64,000 nucleotides of DNA from Acidaminococcus fermentans (GTDB taxonomy: Bacteria; Bacillota_I; Bacilli_A; RF39; UBA660): positions 1,810 to 65,809 of the forward strand of contig CAVKYO010000006.1 of assembly GCA_963660495.1 (NCBI GenBank), written 5' to 3'. This document shows, piece by piece, positions 27,631 through 38,144 of this stretch. The first letter of the stretch is position 1; every line of letters begins with the position of its first letter. The notes beneath the pieces were generated by a model. That model made no database searches, was not told the origin of the DNA, and worked only from the letters and a program-made list of their open reading frames with translations. The translations under genes and the position numbers were made by a program.

Positions 27631-30171
27631 TTATTCAACAATATTAATTAATGGGACACCTCTATCAGTAGTAGGCACCATTGATGAATTATTATTAGTC
27701 ATATTCATATTTGTATTTTGAACAAATCCATTATTAGCTGGTCCAATCTGACTAAAACTATCATTCATATTTGAATTATTTCCAAGTCCAAAGCTACTAC
27801 CTAAATTATTATCAGTACTATCCTCAGTTGGAGGTACAATTCTTACAGTACCATAATCATTAACACGTTCCTCTAATTTAACAGTAGGACTAACTGTACT
27901 ATTATTAGAAACCATATCCAATGTACTAGGTACACTCAAAAATTGATTAGGATCAAAATTAGATTCATTATTATTTTGCTGATTAACCGCTGAAAAATCA
28001 GGCAAAGCTGACTGAACCATACTATTATCAAGCGTATATCCAGCAATAGTAGGAACTGCACTATTATTACTATTATCAATCATATTATCAGTCATATTAC
28101 TACTAGAAGTATTTAAATTCATCATATTATTTTGATTAAAATTACTATTTTCCTGATTCATACTTGGCTGCTCAACACTTGTTTCATTAGAAACACTAGG
28201 AACAGCCAAAGAATTATTACTTTGCTCTGTTGTCATAGAATTCTGTTCTAAAAATGGATTAACCGGTACATTATTACTTACAAATTGCATAGGTTGTGGA
28301 TTCATAGAAATCTCTTTAACTTCACTAACCGTATTATTAACAGGAGCACTTGTATTAATTGAAGCAGTACCATTACCATTCCAAATAGTAACAACATCAC
28401 AGTTACCAGACCAGGGTGCCGGATTTGGCATTTCCATTTTAACAATTAAAGGAATTCTAAAAGCCATACCAAAACCTAAACAAGTACCAGCTTGTAAAGT
28501 CTTTTGCTTTTCAACTATTTCATCACTAATATTTGGAACCATTTTTCTAATATAGTCAACATCAACAGGATGGTTCATTTTAAATATTAAGAAATTAGAA
28601 CATTGTGAAATAACAGTATCAGAAAGTTCCACCGGTCTTTGCGATATAAGTCCTAAAATAACAGCGTATTTTCTACCTTCCTTAGCAATTCTTTCGAATA
28701 TATTATATCCAATTAAGAATCTATCTGTATCATTTTGAATATATCTGTGAGCCTCTTCAACAACAATATGAAAAGGTATACTTGCTCTTTCTTTTAATCC
28801 TTTAGCAAACTCAAAAATTAATCTAGAGTAAATTTTTGTAATAACTTTAGCAAAATCATCATCAACGTCGTCTAAATTGATATTAACAATTTGATATTTA
28901 TTACCATTATTAATTAACATAGAAGACAAGAATGTCTCTAAAGAAACAAAATCAGGATAATCAAAGAACTTAGAATTAGGTCCTACTATTAAAGCATGTA
29001 ATCTTACTTTTATAGTAACCGCATCACCATAAGTATTCTCATTACGTAACCAACCTTCACTAATCAAAGTAAAATTAAGAGCTTTCTCCAAAGTATCTAA
29101 TGAATAATAAACACCCTTCTGTGGCTCATAATTGTCATAATCATTCTTAATAAATGAAGAAACATACTCTGTAAGTAAAACACTTTCAGAAAATTGTCCC
29201 TGACTATCAATTAAGAAACATTCCCTAAACTTTCTAGTATAGCCAACACCTTGTACAACAGCTTCTAAATTAAATTCTGGTGTAGAACAACTAGCCAAAA
29301 TTGAAAATATTTCATTTCTCTTGTTAGGAGATGTTTCATTAGTATATAAAATTGTCATAATAGCCTTAGCGATTAAATGGTTCTTATAATTATTGGCATC
29401 CATATCAGTTTGTGAAAAAACTAAAGCTAATTTTAACATTCTTTCAATAATTGGTAATTGTGAATGACTAGTAGCTTGTAATAACAAAGCTAAGTCACTT
29501 TCATTAAGTAAAAATACTGGTATTCTAAGTTTCTCGCCTTTACCATCAACCTCATTAGTACTATAAAAACGATAATGATAATTAGAGTTAATACTATTGA
29601 TATCTTTAAATGCGTTATAGTACTCACCAGATGAATCAAATAAAACTATATTTGCTTTGTACGGAAATAACCTCTGATCATGAAACATGTTCTGAAATAA
29701 TCTTGAAATACCGCAACTCTTACCTGAACCAGAATTACCAAATATAGCAAAATGATTACTAAAGAAATTATTAACATCTAAGAAGACAGGATAGTCATTG
29801 TAAAAAGGACTAACTCCAAGACGTAGATATCCTTGAGCATCAGTACCACAGATCATGGGAATTTCATTTTGTTCAATAACACGAATCTTAGCATCTAAAG
29901 ATGGTTTACGTATAACACCACCTAATAATTTACCATTAACAATTTCACCTAAAAATCTAACTCTAACAAGATTTCCATCTAAGTCATCTACCTCACCAAG
30001 TATTTTTTTCATATTATCCTCAAAAATAATATGTAAATTCATTAGATTCATAGTTACGTTATAACCATCAGCCAACTTAACATTAGCAGAATGATCACTA
30101 ATATAAACAATTCGTTCAAACATATTAGTCAACTCCCATCTTATTCCTTTTACCCTATATAAATTATACAA
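27631..30171 (-). CDS. HerA/DUF87-family (FtsK-HerA superfamily) ATPase with a ~250-aa C-terminal N/S/Q/M-rich low-complexity tail
   Basis: Walker A FGNSGSGKS. HerA-type Walker B HIVVEEAHRY, the DEAH-like variant. The LISQRPVELSDTVISQCSNFLIFKMN motif is typical of HerA/DUF87. The N-terminal region is HAS-barrel-like. The last ~250 aa have almost no charged residues and are rich in N/S/Q/M. Confidence 0.7.
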   Translation of the reverse strand: MYNLYRVKGIRWELTNMFERIVYISDHSANVKLADGYNVTMNLMNLHIIFEDNMKKILGEVDDLDGNLVRVRFLGEIVNGKLLGGVIRKPSLDAKIRVIEQNEIPMICGTDAQGYLRLGVSPFYNDYPVFLDVNNFFSNHFAIFGNSGSGKSCGISRLFQNMFHDQRLFPYKANIVLFDSSGEYYNAFKDINSINSNYHYRFYSTNEVDGKGEKLRIPVFLLNESDLALLLQATSHSQLPIIERMLKLALVFSQTDMDANNYKNHLIAKAIMTILYTNETSPNKRNEIFSILASCSTPEFNLEAVVQGVGYTRKFRECFLIDSQGQFSESVLLTEYVSSFIKNDYDNYEPQKGVYYSLDTLEKALNFTLISEGWLRNENTYGDAVTIKVRLHALIVGPNSKFFDYPDFVSLETFLSSMLINNGNKYQIVNINLDDVDDDFAKVITKIYSRLIFEFAKGLKERASIPFHIVVEEAHRYIQNDTDRFLIGYNIFERIAKEGRKYAVILGLISQRPVELSDTVISQCSNFLIFKMNHPVDVDYIRKMVPNISDEIVEKQKTLQAGTCLGFGMAFRIPLIVKMEMPNPAPWSGNCDVVTIWNGNGTASINTSAPVNNTVSEVKEISMNPQPMQFVSNNVPVNPFLEQNSMTTEQSNNSLAVPSVSNETSVEQPSMNQENSNFNQNNMMNLNTSSSNMTDNMIDNSNNSAVPTIAGYTLDNSMVQSALPDFSAVNQQNNNESNFDPNQFLSVPSTLDMVSNNSTVSPTVKLEERVNDYGTVRIVPPTEDSTDNNLGSSFGLGNNSNMNDSFSQIGPANNGFVQNTNMNMTNNNSSMVPTTDRGVPLINIVE

Positions 30172-30189
30172 ATAAATTATTAAATTTAC

Positions 30190-30218
30190 AAGAAAAAAAA
30201 GAAGAATAACTCTTCTTA
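30190..30218 (-). terminator. Rho-independent terminator downstream of ylxM, upstream of the HerA-like gene
   Basis: Minus-strand AAGAAGAGTTATTCTTCTT hairpin followed by TTTTTTTT. Confidence 0.55.
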
Positions 30219-30219
30219 A

Positions 30220-30513
30220 TTAAAATAACTCTAAAATTTCATCACGTAGTTTTAGATCATTTATTTTTTTAACTAACTCTATAGCCTTTTTAGACTTTTT
30301 CACCAGTTCTAAATTCTCTTCATAATATTTTAATTTTTCCTCAACAATTTTTAATTGCTTATGAATAGCATTTCTACTAACATTATAGTTCTCAGCCATT
30401 TCTCCAAGACTTAAATTATTAAAATAATAGTTTTCAAAATAATCTCTTTGTTTATCAGTTAATAAAGAGCCATAAAAATCATACAATTCATTTAAATAAA
30501 TAACTTCTTCCAT
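30220..30513 (-). CDS. ylxM: UPF0122 protein YlxM (putative SRP-operon HTH protein)
   Basis: 97 aa. LTDKQRDYFENYYFNNLSLGEMAE matches the sigma-70 region-4-like HTH of YlxM. It lies immediately downstream of ftsY. Confidence 0.8.
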   Translation of the reverse strand: MEEVIYLNELYDFYGSLLTDKQRDYFENYYFNNLSLGEMAENYNVSRNAIHKQLKIVEEKLKYYEENLELVKKSKKAIELVKKINDLKLRDEILELF

Positions 30514-30521
30514 GTCATCAC

Positions 30522-31583
30522 CTACATTAAATCCTTGAATAATCCATAAATATACTTCTCAATATCAAATACCTGTAAGTCTTCTTTTCTTTCTCCAAGA
30601 CCAATAAATTTAACTGGTATTCCAACAGTTTCTTTTATTGCTAAAACAATTCCACCCTTTGCGGTACCATCAAGTTTAGTAAGTACTATTCCTGTAATAT
30701 TAGTAATTTCCTTAAATGCATTAGCTTGACTAATCCCGTTTTGACCAGTAGTAGCGTCAATTACAAGCAAAGTTTCACTAGCACCAGATGGAACTAAATT
30801 AGAAATTACTTTATTCATTTTCTCTAATTCTTTCATTAAATTAACTTTATTTTGAAGTCTACCAGCAGTATCAATAAGAACAACATCAAAATCCTCATCT
30901 ATTGCTTTTTCTACACCATCGTAAACAACACTAGCTGGATCGGCTCCTTCATCTTTTCCATAAAAAGAAACTCCAACTTTATCAGCCCATTCCTTAAGCT
31001 GTTCAACAGCACCAGCTCTAAAAGTATCAGCACCAACAAGTAATACTTTATGTCCTTCATTTTTTAATTTCCATCCAACTTTAGCGATACTAGTCGTTTT
31101 ACCAACTCCATTAACACCAACAAACAATATAACAGTAGGGCCAGATTCATTATAATTAATTTTATTTACTAAGACACTATCATTAACATAAATAATAAAT
31201 AACTCATCAACTATAATTTCTTTAAGTAATTCCGGATTTTCTATCTTTTCACTATATACACGTTTCTTCAACCTATCTATAAAATCCATTACTGTATTAA
31301 CACCAATATCAGCCATTATAAGTATTTCTTCTAACTCATCAAAATACTCATCATCTACATTTTTATGTCTTTTAGTAAGTTCAGCCAGTTTTGAAACAAA
31401 TCCCTCCCGAGACTTAGTCAAACCTTTTTCATATACTTTTACTTCCTTTTTTACTTCATCCTTTACATCATCATTAACTACTTCATTAAATGAATCAGAA
31501 ACTAAATTATCTTCTTTTTCAACTGAAATCTCATTATTTTTAAACATATTTTTAATTTTATTAAATAATCCCATTAAAATCAC
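30522..31583 (-). CDS. ftsY: Signal recognition particle receptor FtsY
   Basis: SRP GTPase motifs VGVNGVGKTTS, DTAGR and TKLDG. 353 aa. Confidence 0.9.
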   Translation of the reverse strand: MILMGLFNKIKNMFKNNEISVEKEDNLVSDSFNEVVNDDVKDEVKKEVKVYEKGLTKSREGFVSKLAELTKRHKNVDDEYFDELEEILIMADIGVNTVMDFIDRLKKRVYSEKIENPELLKEIIVDELFIIYVNDSVLVNKINYNESGPTVILFVGVNGVGKTTSIAKVGWKLKNEGHKVLLVGADTFRAGAVEQLKEWADKVGVSFYGKDEGADPASVVYDGVEKAIDEDFDVVLIDTAGRLQNKVNLMKELEKMNKVISNLVPSGASETLLVIDATTGQNGISQANAFKEITNITGIVLTKLDGTAKGGIVLAIKETVGIPVKFIGLGERKEDLQVFDIEKYIYGLFKDLM

Positions 31584-31712
31584 CTACTAAAAATTATATC
31601 AAAGAAAATGTAAAAAGGAAACACACTTGACGCTGTAAACTAGACAAAAATAGAAAATTATAGTATAATTTCATAGTTAGTTCTTTACAAATAAAAAAAG
31701 AAAGGAGTTTAT

Positions 31713-33389
31713 ATGAACAAAAAACAAACCAATGAAACAAAAATAATTGTTTTAGGCGGTTTAGGAGAAGTCGGAAAAAATATGTATTGTGTAATGCATA
31801 AAGACTCAATTGTTATTATTGATGCCGGAGTTAGTTTTCCAGAAAGTGAACTCATGGGAATTGACTATGTTTTACCTGATTTTACATTTTTAAAAGAAAA
31901 TGAAGATAAAATTAAAGCTCTTTTAATTACTCATGGTCATGAAGATCATATTGGAAGTATACCATTTTTACTACAAAGTATTAATATACCAGCCATTTAT
32001 GCTCCAAATCATGCCAAAGAATTAATAGCCGTAAAATTGCAAGATAAAAATATCAGATATAACAATTTATTTGTCTATACCGAAAATACTAAATTAAAAT
32101 TTCAAGAAATAGAAGTTGAATTTTTCAGAACAACACACTCTATACCAGATTCACATGGAATCAGTATAACAACACCAGATGGTACAATTGTTACAACGGG
32201 AGACTATAAGTTTGATTTAACACCAATTGGACCAATGGCAGACTTATATAAAATGGCATCTATTGGAGAAAAAGGTGTTGATATCTTAATTGGTGATTCT
32301 ACAAATGCTCTAAATGAAGGATTTTCTAATAGTGAATCTGTAGTAGATGAACAATTAGGCGAAATGTTTGACAAATGGAAGACAAATAGAATCATAATCG
32401 CAACTTTTGCTTCAAATATATACCGAGTAAAACATATTTTTGAAACATGTTATAAACACAATAGAAAAATCTGTATCTTTGGTAGAAGTATGGAAAATAA
32501 TATTAATATTTCAATTAATGGTGGATATATAGATCATAAAGAATTATTAGTAACACCAGAAGAAGCCAATAATTTAAAGCCAGGAGAAGTAACAATTTTG
32601 TGTACTGGTAGTCAAGGTGAACCTTTAGCGGCACTATCAAGAATATCAAATGGTACTCATAAACAAATTAAATTAAGACCCGATGATGTTGTTATATTCT
32701 CATCTAGTGCAATACCTGGTAATGCTTTAAGTATTTCAAAAACTATTAACAAATTATATCTAAAAGGTGTAAAAGTATATACCAATAATGTCTTAACAGA
32801 TTTACATACATCAGGTCATGCTAACGAAGAAGAAATAAAATTAATGATTCGTTTAATAAAACCAAAATACTTAATGCCATTCCATGGTGATTACAGAATG
32901 TTAAAAAAACAAGCTGATATTGGTATAAACTGTGGAATACCTAAAGAAAATACTTTCATATTGAAAAATGGTGATTCTTTAATTTTAAAAAACCATGTTG
33001 TAACAAGAGGCGAAAGTATGCCTGGTGCTGATATATATGTTGATGGTAACAGAATTGGCGAAGTTGGAAGTGCCGTCATAAAAGATCGTAAAATAATGGC
33101 TAATGATGGAATACTTGTAGTTATTGCAAATATTGATATGAAAAATAAAGAATTATTAATTAAACCAAACATTACAACAAGAGGCTTTATACTAGTAAAT
33201 GAAAATGAAGAACTAATAAAGAAAATTGAAAATAAAGCCGAACAAATAATTAAAACTGGTTTATCAGAACAAAAATTGAATTACAATAATTTAAAATCAA
33301 GCATTTCTGAACAATTATATCCATATATAAATGAATTAACAGGTAGAAAACCATTAATTTTACCAATAATATTAGAAATTAAGAGATAG
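31713..33389 (+). CDS. rnj: Ribonuclease J (metallo-beta-lactamase / beta-CASP family)
   Basis: HGHEDHIG zinc motif. The KIIVLGGLGEVGKNMY N-terminus is typical of RNase J1/J2. 558 aa. Confidence 0.9.
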   Translation: MNKKQTNETKIIVLGGLGEVGKNMYCVMHKDSIVIIDAGVSFPESELMGIDYVLPDFTFLKENEDKIKALLITHGHEDHIGSIPFLLQSINIPAIYAPNHAKELIAVKLQDKNIRYNNLFVYTENTKLKFQEIEVEFFRTTHSIPDSHGISITTPDGTIVTTGDYKFDLTPIGPMADLYKMASIGEKGVDILIGDSTNALNEGFSNSESVVDEQLGEMFDKWKTNRIIIATFASNIYRVKHIFETCYKHNRKICIFGRSMENNINISINGGYIDHKELLVTPEEANNLKPGEVTILCTGSQGEPLAALSRISNGTHKQIKLRPDDVVIFSSSAIPGNALSISKTINKLYLKGVKVYTNNVLTDLHTSGHANEEEIKLMIRLIKPKYLMPFHGDYRMLKKQADIGINCGIPKENTFILKNGDSLILKNHVVTRGESMPGADIYVDGNRIGEVGSAVIKDRKIMANDGILVVIANIDMKNKELLIKPNITTRGFILVNENEELIKKIENKAEQIIKTGLSEQKLNYNNLKSSISEQLYPYINELTGRKPLILPIILEIKR

Positions 33390-33404
33390 CAGAGTTATCT
33401 CTTT

Positions 33405-33764
33405 TTATATTCTTTCAACTAATTTATTAGAAATAGCAGTTTCAAATTCTAAAAAATCACAACTCGAAAAAATTGCTAATCGAAAATATAACATTCTATA
33501 ATCAGCATCATTAAGTGAAAGTAATTTTTTATAAAAATCCCAATCTAGTTTTTCATGAACCAATGTAAAAATTGGAAAGCAAACATAAAATTTTTCCATT
33601 GCTTTAATACCAGATATCGAAAACATCTCCGTAAAACCAAAGTAATATTTTAAAGTGTTTGACATTGATTTATAACTTTTACATTTACTTTTTCGGTTCT
33701 GATAAACATATTTACCAATGTTCCAAAATAAAATAAGTCGATTTTTTTTATAATAATATTTCAA
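33405..33764 (-). pseudogene. Truncated N-terminal fragment of a DUF1016/YhcG-family PDDEXK nuclease
   Basis: Only ~119 aa remain of a ~340-aa family. GFTEMFSISGIKAMEKFY...LDWDFYKKLLSLNDADYRMLYF matches the N-terminal domain. There is no nuclease domain, and the fragment abuts the convergent rnj. Confidence 0.35.
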
Positions 33765-33774
33765 TAATCATCAT

Positions 33775-33815
33775 CTCCTATTTATATTATTATAAAAAAA
33801 AGAAGAAGTCCTATT
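33775..33815 (-). terminator. Rho-independent terminator at the 3' end of rny
   Basis: Minus-strand AAGAAGAAG-caaaatagga-CTTCTTCTT hairpin followed by TTTTTTTT. Confidence 0.5.
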
Positions 33816-35367
33816 TTGCTTCTTCTTGTGCCCTTGTTTCACGAACAACCGTAATTTTTATTGTACCAGGATATTTCATATTTGCTTCAATCTGCTCTTT
33901 AACTTCTCTAGCAATTTTATGAGCACCTAAATCGTCAACTTCTTCAGGTTTAACAACAACACGTAATTCCCTACCAGCTTGTACAGCAAATGTTTTTTCA
34001 ACTCCAGGAATATTGTTACCAACTTCTTCAAGTTGTGATAATCGTTTAATATAATTTTCTAAAGAATCATTTCTGGCTCCAGGACGTGATGCCGATAAAG
34101 CATCAGCTATTGCAACAATAATTGAAATAACACTAGTAGCCTCTATATCACCATGATGAGAAGCAATAGCATTAATAACAACAGGATCTTCATCATACTT
34201 TTTAGCTAAGTCAACTCCAATTTCAACGTGACTTCCTTCAATTTCATGATCAATTGCTTTACCTATATCATGTAATAATCCAGCTCTTTTAGCTAGTGTA
34301 ACATTCTCACCTAATTCAGCAGCTAAAAGTCCAGATAAATGTGCAACTTCTATAGAATGTTGTAAAGCATTTTGACCATAACTAGTTCTAAAATGTAATT
34401 TACCAATTATTTCAATTAATGCTGGATCAAATTTTGTAAGTCCTAATTCAAATGTTGCTTCTTGACCATATTCAATAATTTTTTGTCTCATATCTTTACA
34501 AACTTTATCGTATAACTCTTCAATCCTTGTAGGATGAATACGTCCATCTTTAATTAAATTTTCTAAAGTAACACGAGCAATTTCTCTACGTAAAGGATCA
34601 AAACTAGAAATAACAACAGCTTCAGGAGTATCATCAATAATTAAATCAACACCAGTTATTGCCTCAATAGTTCGAATATTTCTACCCTCACGACCTATTA
34701 TTCTACCTTTCATTTCATCTGTAGGCAAATCAATTACAGTAACAGTTTGATCATTAGCTATATCAGCAGCATACTTTTGCATAGAAGTGACAATAAGATC
34801 TCTTGCAATTTTATCAGCATTTAATTTAGCTTCATTCTCAGATTCTTTTATGTACTCTATAATTTCTTTACTCATACTATCTTTTACTTGACTCATAACT
34901 AAGTCTTTAGCTTTTTCCTTGCTAAAACCGGAAATTTTTTCTAACAATTCTAATTGTTCTTTTTTTATTTCCTCCACTTTACTCTTCTCATTTTGGATTT
35001 CAACTTGTTTTTCAGAAAGTTTTTCATCACGTTCATCTAAACCTGCTTCACGCTTTTGTAATATTTCATCTCTTTTATCTATACTAGCTTCACGTTGAAG
35101 CAAACGTTTTTCAGAATCCTTTAACTCTTCTTTCTTTTCACGAATTTCTTTATCCAAATCCATTTTTAATTTATGAGCTTCTTCTTTTTGTTCAATAGCT
35201 GCATCTCTTTTAATCTTTTCTACATCTTTTTTTGCTTGACTAATAAGAGCTTCAGCCTTCTTAGTTGCCTTATTTACTTTTAAACTATTTATAACAAACG
35301 CTACAATAAATCCAATTAGCAATCCAAGTGCTACAAGTAAAATGGAGAATAATGTACTATCATTCAT
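33811..35367 (-). CDS. rny: Ribonuclease Y
   Basis: N-terminal TM, coiled coil, KH domain ([12 protein letters not shown]) and HD domain (LLHDIGKA). Confidence 0.9.
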   Translation of the reverse strand: MNDSTLFSILLVALGLLIGFIVAFVINSLKVNKATKKAEALISQAKKDVEKIKRDAAIEQKEEAHKLKMDLDKEIREKKEELKDSEKRLLQREASIDKRDEILQKREAGLDERDEKLSEKQVEIQNEKSKVEEIKKEQLELLEKISGFSKEKAKDLVMSQVKDSMSKEIIEYIKESENEAKLNADKIARDLIVTSMQKYAADIANDQTVTVIDLPTDEMKGRIIGREGRNIRTIEAITGVDLIIDDTPEAVVISSFDPLRREIARVTLENLIKDGRIHPTRIEELYDKVCKDMRQKIIEYGQEATFELGLTKFDPALIEIIGKLHFRTSYGQNALQHSIEVAHLSGLLAAELGENVTLAKRAGLLHDIGKAIDHEIEGSHVEIGVDLAKKYDEDPVVINAIASHHGDIEATSVISIIVAIADALSASRPGARNDSLENYIKRLSQLEEVGNNIPGVEKTFAVQAGRELRVVVKPEEVDDLGAHKIAREVKEQIEANMKYPGTIKITVVRETRAQEEAK

Positions 35368-35490
35368 AACATTCCTCCATCTAGACCATATACATAATAA
35401 TCTATCTCTATTGTAGAGTCATTTTAAAAGCTTGTCAAGACAAACAAAATAAAAGCTCACCGGAATAATAGTGAGCTTAGAAGGACTAAA

Positions 35491-36891
35491 TCAATTAAAA
35501 TAATCACAAATTACATCATAATCACAATAAGGAACTTTTCCCTCAGCTAAGGCCATATAGTCATCTCTACCCTTACCAATAACTAAAACCACATCTCCTT
35601 CAAGAGCCATATCAAAAGCTTTATAAATAGCTTTAACACGATCAACTTCACGAATGTAATTTGTTTTAGTAGAATTTCCTATCATATCATCAATAATAGA
35701 ATTAACATCCTCATGCCTAGGATCATCCATTGTAAATATAACAATATCTGATTTATTTAATACTAAGTCACCAATTTTAGAACGTTTTTCTTTCTCTCTA
35801 CCACCAGCAGCACCAGTAACAGTAATAATTCTTTTATATTTATTTTCAACAGAATTTAATAAATTATTAATTGAATTATAAGTATGTGCATAATCTAAAA
35901 TAATATCATAGTCTTGACCAAATCTAAGTACCTCACCACGCCCAGCAACAAAATCAACATTTGCTAATGTCTTAATTAAATATTCAACTGGTATCTTCAT
36001 ACATAGACCAATGATAAATCCTAAACAAATATTATAAGCATTATACTTTCCAAAAAAAGAACTGCAAATGTTATAAATATTATCATTATTTTTAACTTTA
36101 AACTTCATACCATTTTTATCTTCTTCAAAATCAAAAATTACATAATCATTATCATTGTTAAAGCCAAATGTAATTAAATTACTAGCTTGTAAACATTTAC
36201 AATTCTCATCATCACCATTGACAATAGCAACACCATTTTCTTTTAAATAGTTAACTATAGATAATTTACACTTTCTATAATTTTCAATTGTTTTATGTAC
36301 ATTCAAATGATCCTCAGTAATATTAGTAATTGCAACAACATCGTATTTCAAACCATTTACTCTTCCATGTAAAAGAGCCTCACTTGACACTTCCATAGAA
36401 AGAGCTTTACAGTTATTTTTTTCAACTGTTGACAACGAACTATACAACTCAGATATACATGGAGTAGTATTATTAGTATGATAAACTTTGCCATCAATGA
36501 AAAGACCATTAGTACCTAAACAAGCACATTTCATATAATTATTTAAAACCTTTTGTACAATAGTAGCACTAGTTGTCTTTCCATCAGTACCTGTAATACC
36601 AATTAAAGAAAGATTATCTAATTTAACATCATAGAACTTTTTACACAATTCTAAATAAGTATTATTAATGTCATCAACAATAACAACTGGTAACTTTGTA
36701 TCATATTCTCTATCAGTTATTAAAGCTACAGCTCCTTTTTCAATAGCAGCATCTATATAATCATAATGATCAACATTAAAGCCTTTAGTAGCAACAAATA
36801 AATATCCAAGTTTTATATCACGAGAATCTTCATTTATACCTATAATTTCTACATCAAAATCACAATCTATTATATCCTTAAGTCTTTTCAT
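35491..36891 (-). CDS. murE: UDP-N-acetylmuramoyl-L-alanyl-D-glutamate--2,6-diaminopimelate/L-lysine ligase MurE
   Basis: Mur ligase P-loop GITGTDGKTT and central and C-terminal Mur domains. The start at 36891 has a GGGAGG RBS. Confidence 0.8.
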   Translation of the reverse strand: MKRLKDIIDCDFDVEIIGINEDSRDIKLGYLFVATKGFNVDHYDYIDAAIEKGAVALITDREYDTKLPVVIVDDINNTYLELCKKFYDVKLDNLSLIGITGTDGKTTSATIVQKVLNNYMKCACLGTNGLFIDGKVYHTNNTTPCISELYSSLSTVEKNNCKALSMEVSSEALLHGRVNGLKYDVVAITNITEDHLNVHKTIENYRKCKLSIVNYLKENGVAIVNGDDENCKCLQASNLITFGFNNDNDYVIFDFEEDKNGMKFKVKNNDNIYNICSSFFGKYNAYNICLGFIIGLCMKIPVEYLIKTLANVDFVAGRGEVLRFGQDYDIILDYAHTYNSINNLLNSVENKYKRIITVTGAAGGREKEKRSKIGDLVLNKSDIVIFTMDDPRHEDVNSIIDDMIGNSTKTNYIREVDRVKAIYKAFDMALEGDVVLVIGKGRDDYMALAEGKVPYCDYDVICDYFN

Positions 36892-36947
36892 AAAGCCTCC
36901 CAACAAGTTACATATTAATATATATCTTTTTTCAACTAAAAATATAT

Positions 36948-37985
36948 CTACTTTTTAGAAGTATTATCTTCATTCTTTTTTAAAGATATATCATAATATT
37001 CACGTACTTTTTGTTCTATTTCATCACGTAATTCAACATTTTCTTTCAATAAAAGTTTAACATTTTCTTTACCTTGACCAAGTTTTTCACCATTATAAGC
37101 ATACCAAGCTCCTGTTTTATCAACAATTGAAGCCTCTACTGCCAAATCAATAATTTCTCCTTCCCTAGAAACACCTTCGCCATACATAATATCAACAACA
37201 GCAGTCTTAAATGGTGGAGCAACTTTATTTTTAACAACCTTAACAGTAGTCTTATTTCCAACAACTCCGTCGCCCATTTTTAATTGTTCATTACGACGTA
37301 TATCAAGTCTAACAGAAGAATAAAATTTTAATGCTCTTCCACCAGGTGTAGTCTCGGGATTTCCAAACATAACACCAACTTTTTCACGTAATTGATTTAT
37401 AAAAATACAAGTTGTATTAGTCTTATTAATAGTTCCAGATAGTTTTCTTAATGCTTGAGACATAAGTCTTGCTTGAAGACCAACATGTGAATCTCCCATT
37501 TCCCCATCAATTTCAGCCTGTGGTACTAGTGCAGCAACAGAATCAATTACAATAATACTTACAGCTTCACTTCTAACTAAAGCATCACATATTTCAAGTG
37601 CCTGTTCACCAGTATCAGGTTGAGATAGCAACAACTCATCTATATCTACACCCAAACGTTCAGCATAAACTGGATCAAGAGCATGTTCAGCATCGATAAA
37701 TGCTGCTCTACCACCTAATTTTTGATGTTCAGCAATTGCCTGTAAAGCAAAAGTAGTTTTACCAGATGACTCAGGACCATAAATTTCAATTATTCTCCCT
37801 CTTGGATATCCTCCTACGCCTAAAGCTATATCTAATGATAGGCATCCAGAAGAACATACGTCTACTTTCATATGCTCTTTATCACCCAACTTCATAATAG
37901 AACCTTTTCCAAATTGTTTTTCAATATCATTTAATACTTGTTCTAAAGCTTTATCTTTAGAAACTTCTTTATTAACCGCTTTCAT
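36948..37985 (-). CDS. recA: Recombinase RecA
   Basis: GPESSGKTT Walker A, and [22 protein letters not shown] as the L2 region. 345 aa. Confidence 0.95.
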   Translation of the reverse strand: MKAVNKEVSKDKALEQVLNDIEKQFGKGSIMKLGDKEHMKVDVCSSGCLSLDIALGVGGYPRGRIIEIYGPESSGKTTFALQAIAEHQKLGGRAAFIDAEHALDPVYAERLGVDIDELLLSQPDTGEQALEICDALVRSEAVSIIVIDSVAALVPQAEIDGEMGDSHVGLQARLMSQALRKLSGTINKTNTTCIFINQLREKVGVMFGNPETTPGGRALKFYSSVRLDIRRNEQLKMGDGVVGNKTTVKVVKNKVAPPFKTAVVDIMYGEGVSREGEIIDLAVEASIVDKTGAWYAYNGEKLGQGKENVKLLLKENVELRDEIEQKVREYYDISLKKNEDNTSKK

Positions 37986-38144
37986 ATTTCCTCCTAGTTA
38001 AATAACTTACAACACTATTGTATAATAACAAAAAATAAAATGCAAGCCTTTTGCGAACAATTGTTTTGCAAAATTTACCATTAATTTTCAATCAAAAACA
38101 AAAAATCCTTATACGAAAAAGGATTTTTCAACTATTTTTATCTA

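Noticed and set aside
27631-30171. Possibility that the HerA-like ATPase is a conjugative VirB4/TraC or EssC/FtsK-type secretion ATPase
   Set aside because: The Walker B is the HerA-type xEEAH (DEAH-like) and the ISQRP block fits HerA/DUF87. There are no relaxase, coupling-protein, WXG100 or other secretion or conjugation genes nearby. The call is kept as HerA-like, with residual uncertainty.
31594-31809. 71-aa minus ORF overlapping the rnj start, and a possible sigma-A promoter (TTGACG ... TATAAT) upstream of rnj
   Set aside because: The ORF overlaps the rnj RBS and start and is hydrophobic junk. The TTGACG and TATAAT hexamers are 31 nt apart, too far for a canonical promoter, so I did not call it.
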